From: an uncultured Candidatus Saccharibacteria bacterium
Lineage (GTDB): Bacteria > Patescibacteriota > Minisyncoccia > Phycocordibacterales > UBA9973
Direction of reading: 5' to 3'
NCBI GenBank assembly: GCA_964505155.1
Contig: CAZDGL010000001.1
Span: 71,058-135,057, forward strand
Length of the DNA stretch: 64,000 bases
Of this stretch, positions 38,899 to 46,823 are shown one piece after another. The notes under the pieces are model-generated. The model was not told the origin of the DNA. It ran no database searches and saw nothing but the letters and a program-made list of their open reading frames with translations. The translations under genes were made by a program, and so were the position numbers. Positions within the stretch are counted from its first letter, which is position 1. Each line of letters opens with the position of its first letter.

Positions 38899-39585
38899 TA
38901 ATTGATGAATATCATATTCCCCCTTTTTAATTAAGTCAATATCTTTTTGCTTAATCAAAATAACTGGTTTTTTTGAATGTGATATTTTTGCCTTATCTTT
39001 TTCTGTTTCGTACCCTTTTACTTCAATATACATATTATAATCGAGTAATAAGAAATCAGGAAAATACAAGTGCCAAGAATTTTCAAACAAATAGGTTTCT
39101 GGTTCTAATTTACTTCTTTGCCATCTTAAATTCTGAGAATCAAGATATTTAGAAACCTCATATTCCCATGAAGAATTATAACGAACCCCGTCAACAGTAA
39201 AATGTTTAGATCTACCAACTACATTCTTATCTGAATAAGATTCGGGATTATCTAATACAACCTGTTTCATTCTTTGTGAGAATTTTTCTCGGTATTTCGG
39301 ATCTTTATATCTTTCTTTTGAAGCTTTACTTTGTCTATCACGATATTCAGGAGAACTAGAAATAGCTATCATTTTATCTGTATGTTTTTTTCTATATTCT
39401 GGATCTCTGAAGCGTTCTATTGATGATTGTCTAATTCTTTCGGCAGATTCGGGACTTAATATTCTTCTGTTTGGATTATTCACACATAAATGTTCATGGC
39501 TTTTTAATGCTGTTGAAGCTGAACACTTTTTATTAGGATAATTTTCTTCTTTATATTCTTTTGCACAAAATTGGCAATTCATCAA
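38860..39585 (-). CDS. homing-endonuclease-like protein: N-terminal zinc finger, triple PEYR repeats, C-terminal PD-(D/E)XK-like nuclease
   Basis: CQFCAKEY...SHEHLC finger; DPEYRKKH / SPEYRDRQ / DPKYREKF repeats; C-terminus WEYEVSKYLD...YFPDFLLLDYNMYIEVKGY; overlaps tRNA-Met 3' end; AT-rich. Confidence 0.45.
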   Translation of the reverse strand: MMNCQFCAKEYKEENYPNKKCSASTALKSHEHLCVNNPNRRILSPESAERIRQSSIERFRDPEYRKKHTDKMIAISSSPEYRDRQSKASKERYKDPKYREKFSQRMKQVVLDNPESYSDKNVVGRSKHFTVDGVRYNSSWEYEVSKYLDSQNLRWQRSKLEPETYLFENSWHLYFPDFLLLDYNMYIEVKGYETEKDKAKISHSKKPVILIKQKDIDLIKKGEYDIHQLIRVSQRSSDASS

Positions 39586-39670
39586 AATACTCCGATTGGT
39601 TACGGAGTATTTATATTTTTACACTTTTCTAGAGCAGGAGGCTCACCCGGAGAGCGGACCTAGCTAAATT

Positions 39671-39763
39671 TGGTAGGGACGGTCGGGGTCGAACCGACAG
39701 CGTGATCATTAATCCGTAGTGGATTTTAAGTCCACCGAGTTTCTACCATTTCTCCACGTCCCC
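39671..39763 (-). tRNA. tRNA-Leu (TAA), class II
   Basis: CCA encoded; anticodon arm GTGGA-CTTAAAA-TCCAC; long variable arm ACGGATTAATGATCACGCTGT; T-loop GGTTCGACCCC. Confidence 0.7.
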
Positions 39764-39938
39764 ATATTCCTTTATTTAGTCACGTAAATTGCGGCTTCAC
39801 CGATAAAAATAAACGGCCATAGAACTCCTCTCAGTGGAGACATAGGACGTGTGCAATTCCAATAAACGTCCCATTGTTCCGAGAATGTATGCGACGAGAA
39901 AAACCTTACCTGTAAATAATTCCATCACTTTAATCCTT

Positions 39939-40205
39939 TCATCCCGGTCCACTTTCACCGCAATAATAACAAATCCAACCACCAGTCATGGCTTCAGATT
40001 CCATCATCGGACAATTCATATCCCTTTTGCAATCAGGATGATATGTCCGAACCTCAATGAAACCTAATCCCTTGCATTCATGACAATATGGTGATGGTCT
40101 ACAAGCAACCTTGGTTGCCGTAGCATTGTCGTAGCGAACGGTGCAGGCTTCACATTGAATTCGCTTGTAACTCATGATAACTCCTGCGTGCTCGCTTGAC
40201 AGCAC
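39939..40205 (-). CDS. Cys-rich small protein
   Basis: 88 aa with 10 Cys (CEAC..CRPSPYCHEC..CKRDMNC..CYYC). Confidence 0.3.
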   Translation of the reverse strand: MLSSEHAGVIMSYKRIQCEACTVRYDNATATKVACRPSPYCHECKGLGFIEVRTYHPDCKRDMNCPMMESEAMTGGWICYYCGESGPG

Positions 40206-40485
40206 GATTGATCATTTTCGACCTTGAGGTTTTGATTTCCTGCTTTGGTCTTCCCCATCGAGTTTCTACGAAACCACATTTCCAAGCTAGAGAATTCAAA
40301 TGTCGTGAGGTAGGAACTTCACCGTGGTGTTCGATCATGTAAGAAATGATATTGCCTATCAGATCCTTCTGAATCTGGTTGACAGATTTCTTAGCTTTAC
40401 CATATTCATCCCACGGATATACATCTGCCGCACCAGCTTCTACGAGCCGCTTCATGGCAATGAATGGGGAAACACGTTTAGGCAT
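40150..40485 (-). CDS. hypothetical basic protein
   Basis: 111-aa ORF. Confidence 0.3.
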   Translation of the reverse strand: MPKRVSPFIAMKRLVEAGAADVYPWDEYGKAKKSVNQIQKDLIGNIISYMIEHHGEVPTSRHLNSLAWKCGFVETRWGRPKQEIKTSRSKMINRAVKRARRSYHELQANSM

Positions 40486-40496
40486 TAAAAAACCTC

Positions 40497-40538
40497 CAGA
40501 TAGGATACAATAGACTATCTGGAGGTTCTTGTCAACGC
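40497..40538 (-). terminator. rho-independent terminator
   Basis: Minus strand CCTCCAGATAG-loop-CTATCTGGAGG (10-bp stem) followed by TTTTTT, just past the 40550-41113 ORF. Confidence 0.45.
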
Positions 40539-40549
40539 ATAACCCGCAT

Positions 40550-41113
40550 TTATGCGCTGATTCGGTTTTCGGACTTCTTCTTGTAGAGGAGTCGATAGTC
40601 CTTCATTCGGTCGGCATCGGGCTCGAAACCCTTGTCGGTCAGATATCCACGAATATCAATGGCTCGACCATCGACGGACGTCTCGACCACACCGCGATTG
40701 ACATCGGTCAGACTGGTGAAGCGGAACCGAAGCGTAGATCCATCAGGGAATTCGATGTAGGTGGGATTTGCGTTCAATTCCTGAACCTGTTCGTAGTAGG
40801 TTACAGGCTTCGGCTTAGGAGCCTTGACGCGGATTTCGTTGGGATTGGAATAGGTAGTGATAGGCTTGGAAGAGGTAGACTTAGGCTTGGTAGACACTGC
40901 AGGCATTGTGATTTCCTTTGTTCGTAGATCATTGAATGGAACCCAATCTCTCAACATACGTGCATCATCAGGAGAATCTGGAACAAAATATCCATCAATA
41001 CTCATTTCTGAGATTGCTTTCTTCTGAATCATATAATTACCACGACCAGTATTATAGACTGATACATTTTTGACAAGACCGTTGGGAAGAATTTGGGGAA
41101 TATACTGAGGCAT
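40550..41113 (-). CDS. hypothetical protein
   Basis: 187-aa ORF. Confidence 0.35.
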   Translation of the reverse strand: MPQYIPQILPNGLVKNVSVYNTGRGNYMIQKKAISEMSIDGYFVPDSPDDARMLRDWVPFNDLRTKEITMPAVSTKPKSTSSKPITTYSNPNEIRVKAPKPKPVTYYEQVQELNANPTYIEFPDGSTLRFRFTSLTDVNRGVVETSVDGRAIDIRGYLTDKGFEPDADRMKDYRLLYKKKSENRISA

Positions 41114-41138
41114 AGTTTCACTCCTTCATGTTGAATAT

Positions 41139-41216
41139 TGGTGCTTCCTGTCAGACTCGAACCGACACTATATAACGCTCTCGACGTTACTCCTCTACCG
41201 TTTGGGATAAGGAAGC
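41139..41216 (-). tRNA. tRNA-like gene with abnormal anticodon loop TCGAGAG (C at position 33; nominal anticodon GAG)
   Basis: CCA encoded; acceptor GCTTCCT/AGGAAGC; anticodon arm TAACG-TCGAGAG-CGTTA; short variable region; T-loop TTCGAGT. Confidence 0.4.
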
Positions 41217-41221
41217 AATGA

Positions 41222-41298
41222 TGGTACCCCTAGTCGGATTCGAACCGACAACCTCCTGATTCTAAGTCAGGCACCTCTACCGATTGGGCTACAGGGGC
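41222..41298 (-). tRNA. tRNA with anticodon TAG (Leu-type) on a class-I body
   Basis: CCA encoded; anticodon arm CCTGA-CTTAGAA-TCAGG; 5-nt variable region AGGTT; T-arm GTCGG-TTCGAAT-CCGAC; A73. Confidence 0.5.
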
Positions 41299-41377
41299 AT
41301 ATAGATTGAAGTGTTTCTTCACAACATCGAAAGCTGAGAAGGTTTCTTCAAACTTTCGTACTGGTTCACCTAAAGGC

Positions 41378-41608
41378 TTATCGTTGGGAAGTGCTCTCAT
41401 TAATAAGTGCCGTTGGCTTACCTGATTTCACATACTCTACATTATCATAATCTGCAAGCAATTTCTTGCATTCGTTCAGAACCTTATTAGAGAAGCCATA
41501 TACGTAGAACGTGTTATTGGCAACTCCTAAAGTCACTTCGGTACAATACGATCCGAAGCGAGACTCAATGGCATCAATAAGACTAGACAAATCAATTATC
41601 TTGCTCAT
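41378..41608 (-). CDS. hypothetical protein
   Basis: 76-aa ORF. Confidence 0.3.
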   Translation of the reverse strand: MSKIIDLSSLIDAIESRFGSYCTEVTLGVANNTFYVYGFSNKVLNECKKLLADYDNVEYVKSGKPTALINESTSQR

Positions 41609-42246
41609 TGATGCTCCTATTTAGTAAGAATCGACCTTTATACCATCCTTCTGGTATTTGATCAAGTTTTTTTATCTTCTTATTTTCAGTTCCGTTTGTG
41701 ATCCACATAGATCCGAACTGAGAATTCAACGAACCTTGATTTTTGGGTTTAGACATCTTCAGTTTGGTTTCTTCAGAATGTCGTTTACCTGTCCATTGAT
41801 GTTCAAAACTAATATATCTAGTTTTTAATCCTTTTTGTACAGATTTATTAAAATTTAGTACCCAAGTTTCATCATTTTGTCGAAGATTTTTTTGTGCTTT
41901 ATGTCCTTTAACTTGATTTTCTTTTGAAAATCCTATGTAATTAGTTAATCCATTAGAATTGATGTACCCAAATCCACCTTTACCACCGGGACAAATATTG
42001 TAGGTATCATCACGATTACAAAAATCTTCGGTTACTATCTCAGCTTCTTTAGCTGACATATCTTCTAGATTATCAAACTGGTAGAGAATCTCTCGTTGAA
42101 AATTCTCAATACCGTATTTCTTAATGGCACGTCGAAGATGCTTACCTGATCCCAAGTATCCATCATTCAGATCAGAAGTCTGATGTTGTCCAATATAGAT
42201 CTTTCCATTAATAAGGTTAGTGGTTTGGTATACAATGTAGTGCAAA
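41592..42246 (-). CDS. GIY-YIG homing endonuclease
   Basis: (TTG-start) HYIVYQTTNLINGKIYIGQH GIY-YIG motif; C-terminal FGSMWITNGTENKKIKKLDQIPEGWYKGR module; decayed paralogue at 45085-45405. Confidence 0.75.
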
Positions 42247-42253
42247 TTAGGAA

Positions 42254-42297
42254 ACTCCTGAATACCCTTTACTATTATTTAGGTATTCAGGAGTTTC
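42254..42297 (-). promoter_or_regulatory. conserved 13-bp-stem hairpin in 5' leader of GIY-YIG gene (copy 1)
   Basis: AACTCCTGAATAC...GTATTCAGGAGTT with loop ..TTTACTATTATTTAG..; second copy with identical loop core at 45404-45448. Confidence 0.4.
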
Positions 42298-42302
42298 AAT
42301 GA

Positions 42303-42390
42303 GCACCAGACAGGATTCGAACCTGTGACGAGGGTTTCCCCTATCCGATTAAGAGTCGGAGCCGTTCGGCCAACTACGGTAACTGGTGCA
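42303..42390 (-). tRNA. class-II (long variable arm) tRNA with anticodon CTT (Lys-type); no encoded CCA
   Basis: Acceptor GCACCAG/CTGGTGC, U73; anticodon arm TCCGA-CTCTTAA-TCGGA; variable arm AGGG-GAAA-CCCT; T-arm ACAGG-TTCGAAT-CCTGT. Confidence 0.45.
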
Positions 42391-42392
42391 TA

Positions 42393-42755
42393 TTAGTCAT
42401 CGATATATAGCTCAGAAGTTTTGAGTGAGTCAACCACTTTCATTTCTTCAATAATATTGAATGCAGCTATCGCATCCGAAAGCTTCGTGATTGCATCAAA
42501 CAATGCGTCTGGACCCGGATTAACGAGAATGAATGCATGATCCGATTCCGAGGATGTGATGGTGATTGAAAACTGGTTGGTTCTCAATATCTCACATTCA
42601 AACATAAATCCAGCATTGATGATCTCGTCTGCCTTCTTGCAAACATCTTCCCTAATCGGAAGAAGCTCATCAGAAGAATGTCCATACGGCATTTCGTAAA
42701 ACGTAGCAGGAATTACGAAATTATTGTGGTCACCAGAATAGAAAAAATGTGGCAT
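42393..42755 (-). CDS. hypothetical protein
   Basis: 120-aa ORF. Confidence 0.35.
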   Translation of the reverse strand: MPHFFYSGDHNNFVIPATFYEMPYGHSSDELLPIREDVCKKADEIINAGFMFECEILRTNQFSITITSSESDHAFILVNPGPDALFDAITKLSDAIAAFNIIEEMKVVDSLKTSELYIDD

Positions 42756-42779
42756 TTCTCACTCACTTTCATTTCAAAA

Positions 42780-42832
42780 TGGAGTACCCGGTGGGATTCG
42801 AACCGACGTGGAGGTTACCCTCTGTGGATTAA
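42780..42832 (-). pseudogene. tRNA remnant (T-arm + 3' acceptor + CCA only)
   Basis: TGG-A-GTACCCG-GTGGG-ATTCGAA-CCGAC on plus, but no complementary 5' acceptor; adjacent 8-bp hairpin GTGAAGTG/CACTTCAC instead of D/anticodon arms. Confidence 0.25.
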
Positions 42833-42883
42833 TGCGTGAAGTGCCTCAACACTTCACTGATAAGTCCACCGCTATCGACCTAC

Positions 42884-43192
42884 TCAGCCAACCGCACGTA
42901 TTTTTGCATACGTTCCATCTATACGACATTTTTCAATATGGCATGATGTACATAACAACTGACATTTTTGAACTTCTACCCAAAATATCTTTTCAGAAGC
43001 CGAACATGCTTCGGCTATTGACATTATTTTAGTGTGACGCTCTATATGATCAAATTCAAGATTTTCTTTAGTAGAACATTTTACACATTTTCCACCCAGA
43101 AAATCAACTGCTTTCTCTCGTCTTTTCTTCCACCTCTTCTTCATATATTCATTCATATATGAATTATATACATTTTTATCTTTATGTGGCAT
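42884..43192 (-). CDS. HNH homing endonuclease
   Basis: CVKCS...EFDHIERH...CTSCHIEKC HNH/zinc motifs; 102 aa. Confidence 0.65.
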   Translation of the reverse strand: MPHKDKNVYNSYMNEYMKKRWKKRREKAVDFLGGKCVKCSTKENLEFDHIERHTKIMSIAEACSASEKIFWVEVQKCQLLCTSCHIEKCRIDGTYAKIRAVG

Positions 43193-43249
43193 TCATACCT
43201 GTGGTAGAGTGATCTTCATTTACCGACCACTCTACCACAATAAGCTTAT

Positions 43250-43795
43250 CTACGCAACCTTTTTCTTTCTGTTCTTGCGCTTAGCTGTGTTTTTACCAAA
43301 CTCTCTGAATCTGTCAGCAGCAAAGGATGCTGCCCACGCATCAGGCTTAGCTAGAGGAACCACGTTGCAGACACCCTTGATATAACCAATGGCTTCCTGC
43401 AGAACCACGCTTGAACCATACTTCCGGTTCGTGTTGACGTCGATGTGAACCTCGATTTCACGATCCTCAATTACGTCCGCAAGCTGAAGATACATCTCAG
43501 CAGTCTTGTAGACTTCGTTCATGAGTCTCATCTTTGGTTCGGACTTCTTCTTATCGTAATCGATCTCCTCTACGATCTTACCCCAGACGGAGCAACCGTG
43601 ATTACCATCGATGTGGACGACAACAGCAGTAGTATAACGTGCTACCCACTTTTCATCCTTACGAAATCGATATGAGTCAGTACCGATGTAGATCTTGGTC
43701 TCCTTGGACTGACGGTCGATGAAATCCTTTAGATCTTGTATATCGTCAATTCTCCTCATTATATCTCTCCTTTCATGGAGATTATTTAGCTCCAA
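43250..43795 (-). CDS. putative RNase H-like fold nuclease
   Basis: 181 aa; KIYIGTDSYRF...VVVHIDGNHGC...EVHIDVNTN acidic clusters; assignment tentative. Confidence 0.25.
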   Translation of the reverse strand: MELNNLHERRDIMRRIDDIQDLKDFIDRQSKETKIYIGTDSYRFRKDEKWVARYTTAVVVHIDGNHGCSVWGKIVEEIDYDKKKSEPKMRLMNEVYKTAEMYLQLADVIEDREIEVHIDVNTNRKYGSSVVLQEAIGYIKGVCNVVPLAKPDAWAASFAADRFREFGKNTAKRKNRKKKVA

Positions 43796-43927
43796 TTCAC
43801 ACGATTGAGATCAGCGAACCAATCATCTCCCATACCATGGAAGAACACCTGATTACCACGAAGCTTGTGCATATGTCAACCTCCTTATTGATTTGAATCA
43901 ATATCTTAGATTCCAACAAACGTCAAG

Positions 43928-44005
43928 TGGTGCTCCCAACCGGACTCGAACCGATATCACTCTCTTACGAGGAGAGGGTTTTGCCACAATTATCACTATA
44001 GGAGC
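43928..44005 (-). tRNA. tRNA-Thr (CGT)
   Basis: CCA encoded; acceptor GCTCCTA/TGGGAGC; anticodon arm CTCTC-CTCGTAA-GAGAG; T-loop TTCGAGT. Confidence 0.6.
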
Positions 44006-44157
44006 ATATATGATCCATATAAGGGGCAATAATCGGGTTATTAGCTCAGATATGAACCATTATAATGGTGCGTTAGATCTGAGTTGAACAGATACCTCTG
44101 GTTTTTCAGACCAGCGAACAGTCACCGGATATTCGACTAACGCGTATTCTTAAATAA

Positions 44158-44234
44158 TGGTGCAGCAGAAGGGATTCGAACCCTCATCGTCCTGATTGAA
44201 AGTCAGGTATCCTAAGCCATTAGACGACTGCTGC
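44158..44234 (-). tRNA. tRNA-Glu (TTC)
   Basis: CCA encoded; acceptor GCAGCAG/CTGCTGC; anticodon arm CCTGA-CTTTCAA-TCAGG. Confidence 0.65.
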
Positions 44235-44284
44235 GTTTAACTTATCTTTCCACTTACGAATATACCGCATGAATAGAATTGCTT

Positions 44285-44491
44285 TCATATAATCACCTTA
44301 TGTCTTTTAGTATCTATGTATAATCTCCATTCATGATCTTCAATACTATGTAACTCAACTGGATTTCGTCTTTTCAATTCTTCGTATATTTCATTATATG
44401 TTGGTTCGTGATCCCAAATTAAAGGAGCAAATCCATCATCCCATTGATAGTTTGGTGTATAAGCTTTAGATATCCAAATATTCATATACAA
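44285..44491 (-). CDS. hypothetical protein
   Basis: 68-aa ORF between tRNAs. Confidence 0.25.
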   Translation of the reverse strand: MYMNIWISKAYTPNYQWDDGFAPLIWDHEPTYNEIYEELKRRNPVELHSIEDHEWRLYIDTKRHKVII

Positions 44492-44514
44492 ATCACCTTT
44501 TCTAATAAAAATGG

Positions 44515-44589
44515 TGGTGCTCCTAGACAGGATCGAACTGTCTCCTTCTGATTGAGAATCAGATATCCTATCCGGTAGACGATAGGAGC
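44515..44589 (-). tRNA. tRNA-Glu (CTC)
   Basis: CCA encoded; acceptor GCTCCTA/TAGGAGC; anticodon arm TCTGA-TTCTCAA-TCAGA; T-loop TTCGATC. Confidence 0.55.
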
Positions 44590-44598
44590 ATTTTTTAG

Positions 44599-44675
44599 TG
44601 GAGCCTACGGAGAGATTCGAACTCCCGACTTATCCGTTCGAAGCGGATATTTCTAGTCCACTGAATTACGTAGGC
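44599..44675 (-). tRNA. tRNA-Arg (TCG)
   Basis: CCA encoded; acceptor GCCTACG/CGTAGGC; anticodon arm TCCG-CTTCGAA-CGGA. Confidence 0.65.
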
Positions 44676-44683
44676 AATTAACT

Positions 44684-44759
44684 TGGTGGTTCTACCAGAA
44701 TTCGAATCTGGACCTTCGGTTTCGTAGACCGATGTTCTTTCCGGTTATACTATAGAACC
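44684..44759 (-). tRNA. tRNA-Arg (ACG)
   Basis: CCA encoded; acceptor GGTTCTA/TAGAACC; anticodon arm TCGGT-CTACGAA-ACCGA. Confidence 0.7.
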
Positions 44760-44765
44760 AAAAAA

Positions 44766-44841
44766 TGGCGACCCTAACCGGTAACGATCCGGCCTTCACG
44801 GATTGACAGTCCGCACCCTTCACCATGACGGGAATAGGGCC
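44766..44841 (-). tRNA. tRNA-Asp (GTC)
   Basis: CCA encoded; anticodon arm GCGGA-CTGTCAA-TCCGT; unusual T-loop ATCGTTA. Confidence 0.65.
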
Positions 44842-44851
44842 ATTTTAAATT

Positions 44852-44936
44852 TGGTGCGTTGTCACGGTAACGATCCGTGCGAGCCTGAGGCATCCGTTTT
44901 ACAGACGGAACAGTCTCCTTAACTGTATACCAACGC
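44852..44936 (-). tRNA. tRNA-Tyr (GTA), class II
   Basis: CCA encoded; anticodon arm TCCGT-CTGTAAA-ACGGA; variable arm GCCT-C-AGGC; T-loop ATCGTTA. Confidence 0.65.
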
Positions 44937-44945
44937 ATATTCAAT

Positions 44946-44982
44946 AAAAAACCTTCGTATCTGTTTAAGGATACGAAGGTTG
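44946..44982 (-). terminator. rho-independent terminator upstream of the Tyr/Asp/Arg tRNA run
   Basis: Minus strand CCTTCGTATC-loop-GATACGAAGG then TTTTTT. Confidence 0.4.
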
Positions 44983-45084
44983 CTGATTTCTCAAGACAAA
45001 CGTTCTCGTATCCCGTGGTTAGGGCTTATCTTCCTCGAAGCGATAGAGTTTGCGAATAAACATGTCTTGGTTCTTTCTTTGTTA

Positions 45085-45405
45085 AACTAATCTAAATTGT
45101 TTGATCATAGTACGATTATATCCGCTGTTTGTCAACCCTAAAGATCGTACAATATCAGCATTTGTTTGATTCGTTTGAATCGCTTCGTGAATTTCTTTGT
45201 CGGTAACATCCGACAACTTGCGAAATCCTTTATTACTATATTTAGGATCCTTTTTCAAGCGTCCTAATGAAAAATTAGAAGGAATTTCATCATTTTTTGA
45301 TATTTTTATTTCTGTCGAACCGTCATTGATCCAAACAGTTCCATATTGGGAATTTCGTGCACCTTAGAGATTGGTAGTTTGGTAGACGATGTAGTGCATT
45401 TAAGG
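45085..45405 (-). pseudogene. decayed GIY-YIG homing endonuclease (paralogue of 41592-42246)
   Basis: ATG-HYIVYQTTNL then stop after 11 codons; downstream frame still encodes ...YGTVWINDGSTEIKISKNDEIPSNFSLGRLKK... matching the C-terminus of the intact copy; catalytic core deleted. Confidence 0.55.
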
Positions 45406-45448
45406 GAGTCCTGATTACCGTTTACTATTATTTAGGTAATCAGGACTC
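45404..45448 (-). promoter_or_regulatory. conserved leader hairpin (copy 2) upstream of GIY-YIG pseudogene
   Basis: GGAGTCCTGATTACC...GGTAATCAGGACTCC, loop GTTTACTATTATTTAG shared with copy at 42254. Confidence 0.4.
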
Positions 45449-45456
45449 CAAGGGTT

Positions 45457-45524
45457 GCGGGAACTGGATTCGAACCAGTGTCTCTTGGTAATGAGCCAAG
45501 CAAGGAACCTCTCCTCTACCCCGC
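45457..45524 (-). tRNA. minimal tRNA-like gene, anticodon CAT, truncated D-arm, no CCA (probably degenerate)
   Basis: About 69 nt; acceptor GCGGGG/TCCCGC; anticodon arm CTTGG-CTCATTA-CCAAG; T-arm CTGG-TTCGAAT-CCAG; D-arm reduced to 3-bp stem/5-nt loop. Confidence 0.3.
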
Positions 45525-45575
45525 TATATATTTAGCATACTTATCTCACCAACAACCGAAAGTCAACATCTTTTT

Positions 45576-45950
45576 TCAGTTTGGGAGATCTTTTAAGTTT
45601 GGCACCCACATGTGCCGAGTGAAAACAAATTCGTATGAACCATCTAGTGAATGATTATCCATCCATCCGACATTCAGACCGCTCTCGTATCCAGAAAACT
45701 CCTCAGAGATATCGAATACGTATGTTCCTAGTGTTATACCCACTTTTGTGAGCAATTGCAAGCGAATTGTTCGGGCTTCGAGGAATTTAAAGGACTGCTG
45801 CTCAGTGATAGTCCGAACAATATAAATCTTCTTGTTGACAAAATCCACACTAACAGCATGTGAATAATGGTCTTCTACATCATCATAATAGATGACATAT
45901 CCATTACTTAGAATGCTCTTGTTATCATATTCGTCAAAGCTCTTAGTCAT
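45576..45950 (-). CDS. hypothetical protein
   Basis: 124-aa ORF. Confidence 0.35.
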   Translation of the reverse strand: MTKSFDEYDNKSILSNGYVIYYDDVEDHYSHAVSVDFVNKKIYIVRTITEQQSFKFLEARTIRLQLLTKVGITLGTYVFDISEEFSGYESGLNVGWMDNHSLDGSYEFVFTRHMWVPNLKDLPN

Positions 45951-46293
45951 CGATTATCTCCCATTTGGTAAATTCAAACAAATACTCTCCGTGAAGAAGT
46001 TCATCCTTGGTATACCACGAAGCGCAGATCTCAGTAGGAGTAGCGCTCTTGATATAAAAACGATAATGCAACCCTTCGGTCTCATCTTCACCATTCAGGT
46101 AAATCAAATCAATGATCTTGGCATCCAGAAAATCCATATTAGGACGAGTCTTTACCAGACGAGTCAGGGTTATCTGTTTGACCAAAAAATTGATATGAAT
46201 GTAGTTCGTAGTCGGATCCGATTCTCCATCGTATTCTACGATGAATTGATCGGACATTTGATCTTCGTTACGCAGCGAACCAGATTTCTTCAT
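45943..46293 (-). CDS. hypothetical protein (paralogous fold to 45576-45950?)
   Basis: 116-aa ORF; both neighbours share ...HINFL/VDFVNKKI..LTRL/IVRTITEQ... pattern. Confidence 0.35.
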   Translation of the reverse strand: MKKSGSLRNEDQMSDQFIVEYDGESDPTTNYIHINFLVKQITLTRLVKTRPNMDFLDAKIIDLIYLNGEDETEGLHYRFYIKSATPTEICASWYTKDELLHGEYLFEFTKWEIIDD

Positions 46294-46570
46294 TCAGGCT
46301 CGCATAGGTTTCTGGTAGGTCTCGAAGTCCAGCATGGATCTCAGAATGGCAATTAGAACAGAGAAGAATACACTTCCGTAGCCCTTCGGCAATCCCTGAT
46401 GGACTTAATCCCTTGGAAAAGGCTTTTGATAGATTGAATTCTTTGGTGGTGGGATCTATATGGTGAAAATGAAGTGCATGGACCGTTCTATTGTAGCCAC
46501 AACACTGGCATCCACCTCCCATAGATTCTACTGCACGTATTTTTAGAGGTTGACGCTTGACTTGTCTCAA
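46268..46570 (-). CDS. HNH homing endonuclease
   Basis: CQCCGY...HHIDPTTKEFNLSKA...CSNCHSEIH. Confidence 0.65.
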   Translation of the reverse strand: MRQVKRQPLKIRAVESMGGGCQCCGYNRTVHALHFHHIDPTTKEFNLSKAFSKGLSPSGIAEGLRKCILLCSNCHSEIHAGLRDLPETYASLNEEIWFAA

Positions 46571-46640
46571 TATCTACTCCGAGTTTAGTACTCGGAGTTA
46601 TTTATCTTATCTTGTCAATGGTTTACATCATTTTGAAAAT

Positions 46641-46715
46641 TGGTTCCCTCGAAACGATTCGAACGTTTACCTTCATATTCAGAGTATGAAAATCTGCCAA
46701 TTAATCTACAAGGGA
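46641..46715 (-). tRNA. tRNA-Gln (CTG)
   Basis: CCA encoded; U1-A72 start as in bacterial tRNA-Gln; anticodon arm TCATA-CTCTGAA-TATGA. Confidence 0.6.
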
Positions 46716-46729
46716 TCATAATCTAAATT

Positions 46730-46805
46730 TGGTTCCCCTTGGTGGATTCGAACCACCATCGCATGGATTCAAAGGCCAGCATTCTACCTGTTAAACTAGA
46801 GGGGA
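46730..46805 (-). tRNA. tRNA-Gln (TTG), weak anticodon stem
   Basis: CCA encoded; canonical 76-nt register gives loop CTTTGAA (TTG) but anticodon stem has C27.T43 and C31.T39 mismatches. Confidence 0.45.
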
Positions 46806-46823
46806 ATATTCTCTATCACTTCA

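Noticed and set aside
42254-42297. Hairpin considered as a rho-independent terminator
   Set aside because: No U-tract on either strand; sits in the 5' leader of a gene and is duplicated with compensatory stem changes, so treated as a regulatory/processing element instead
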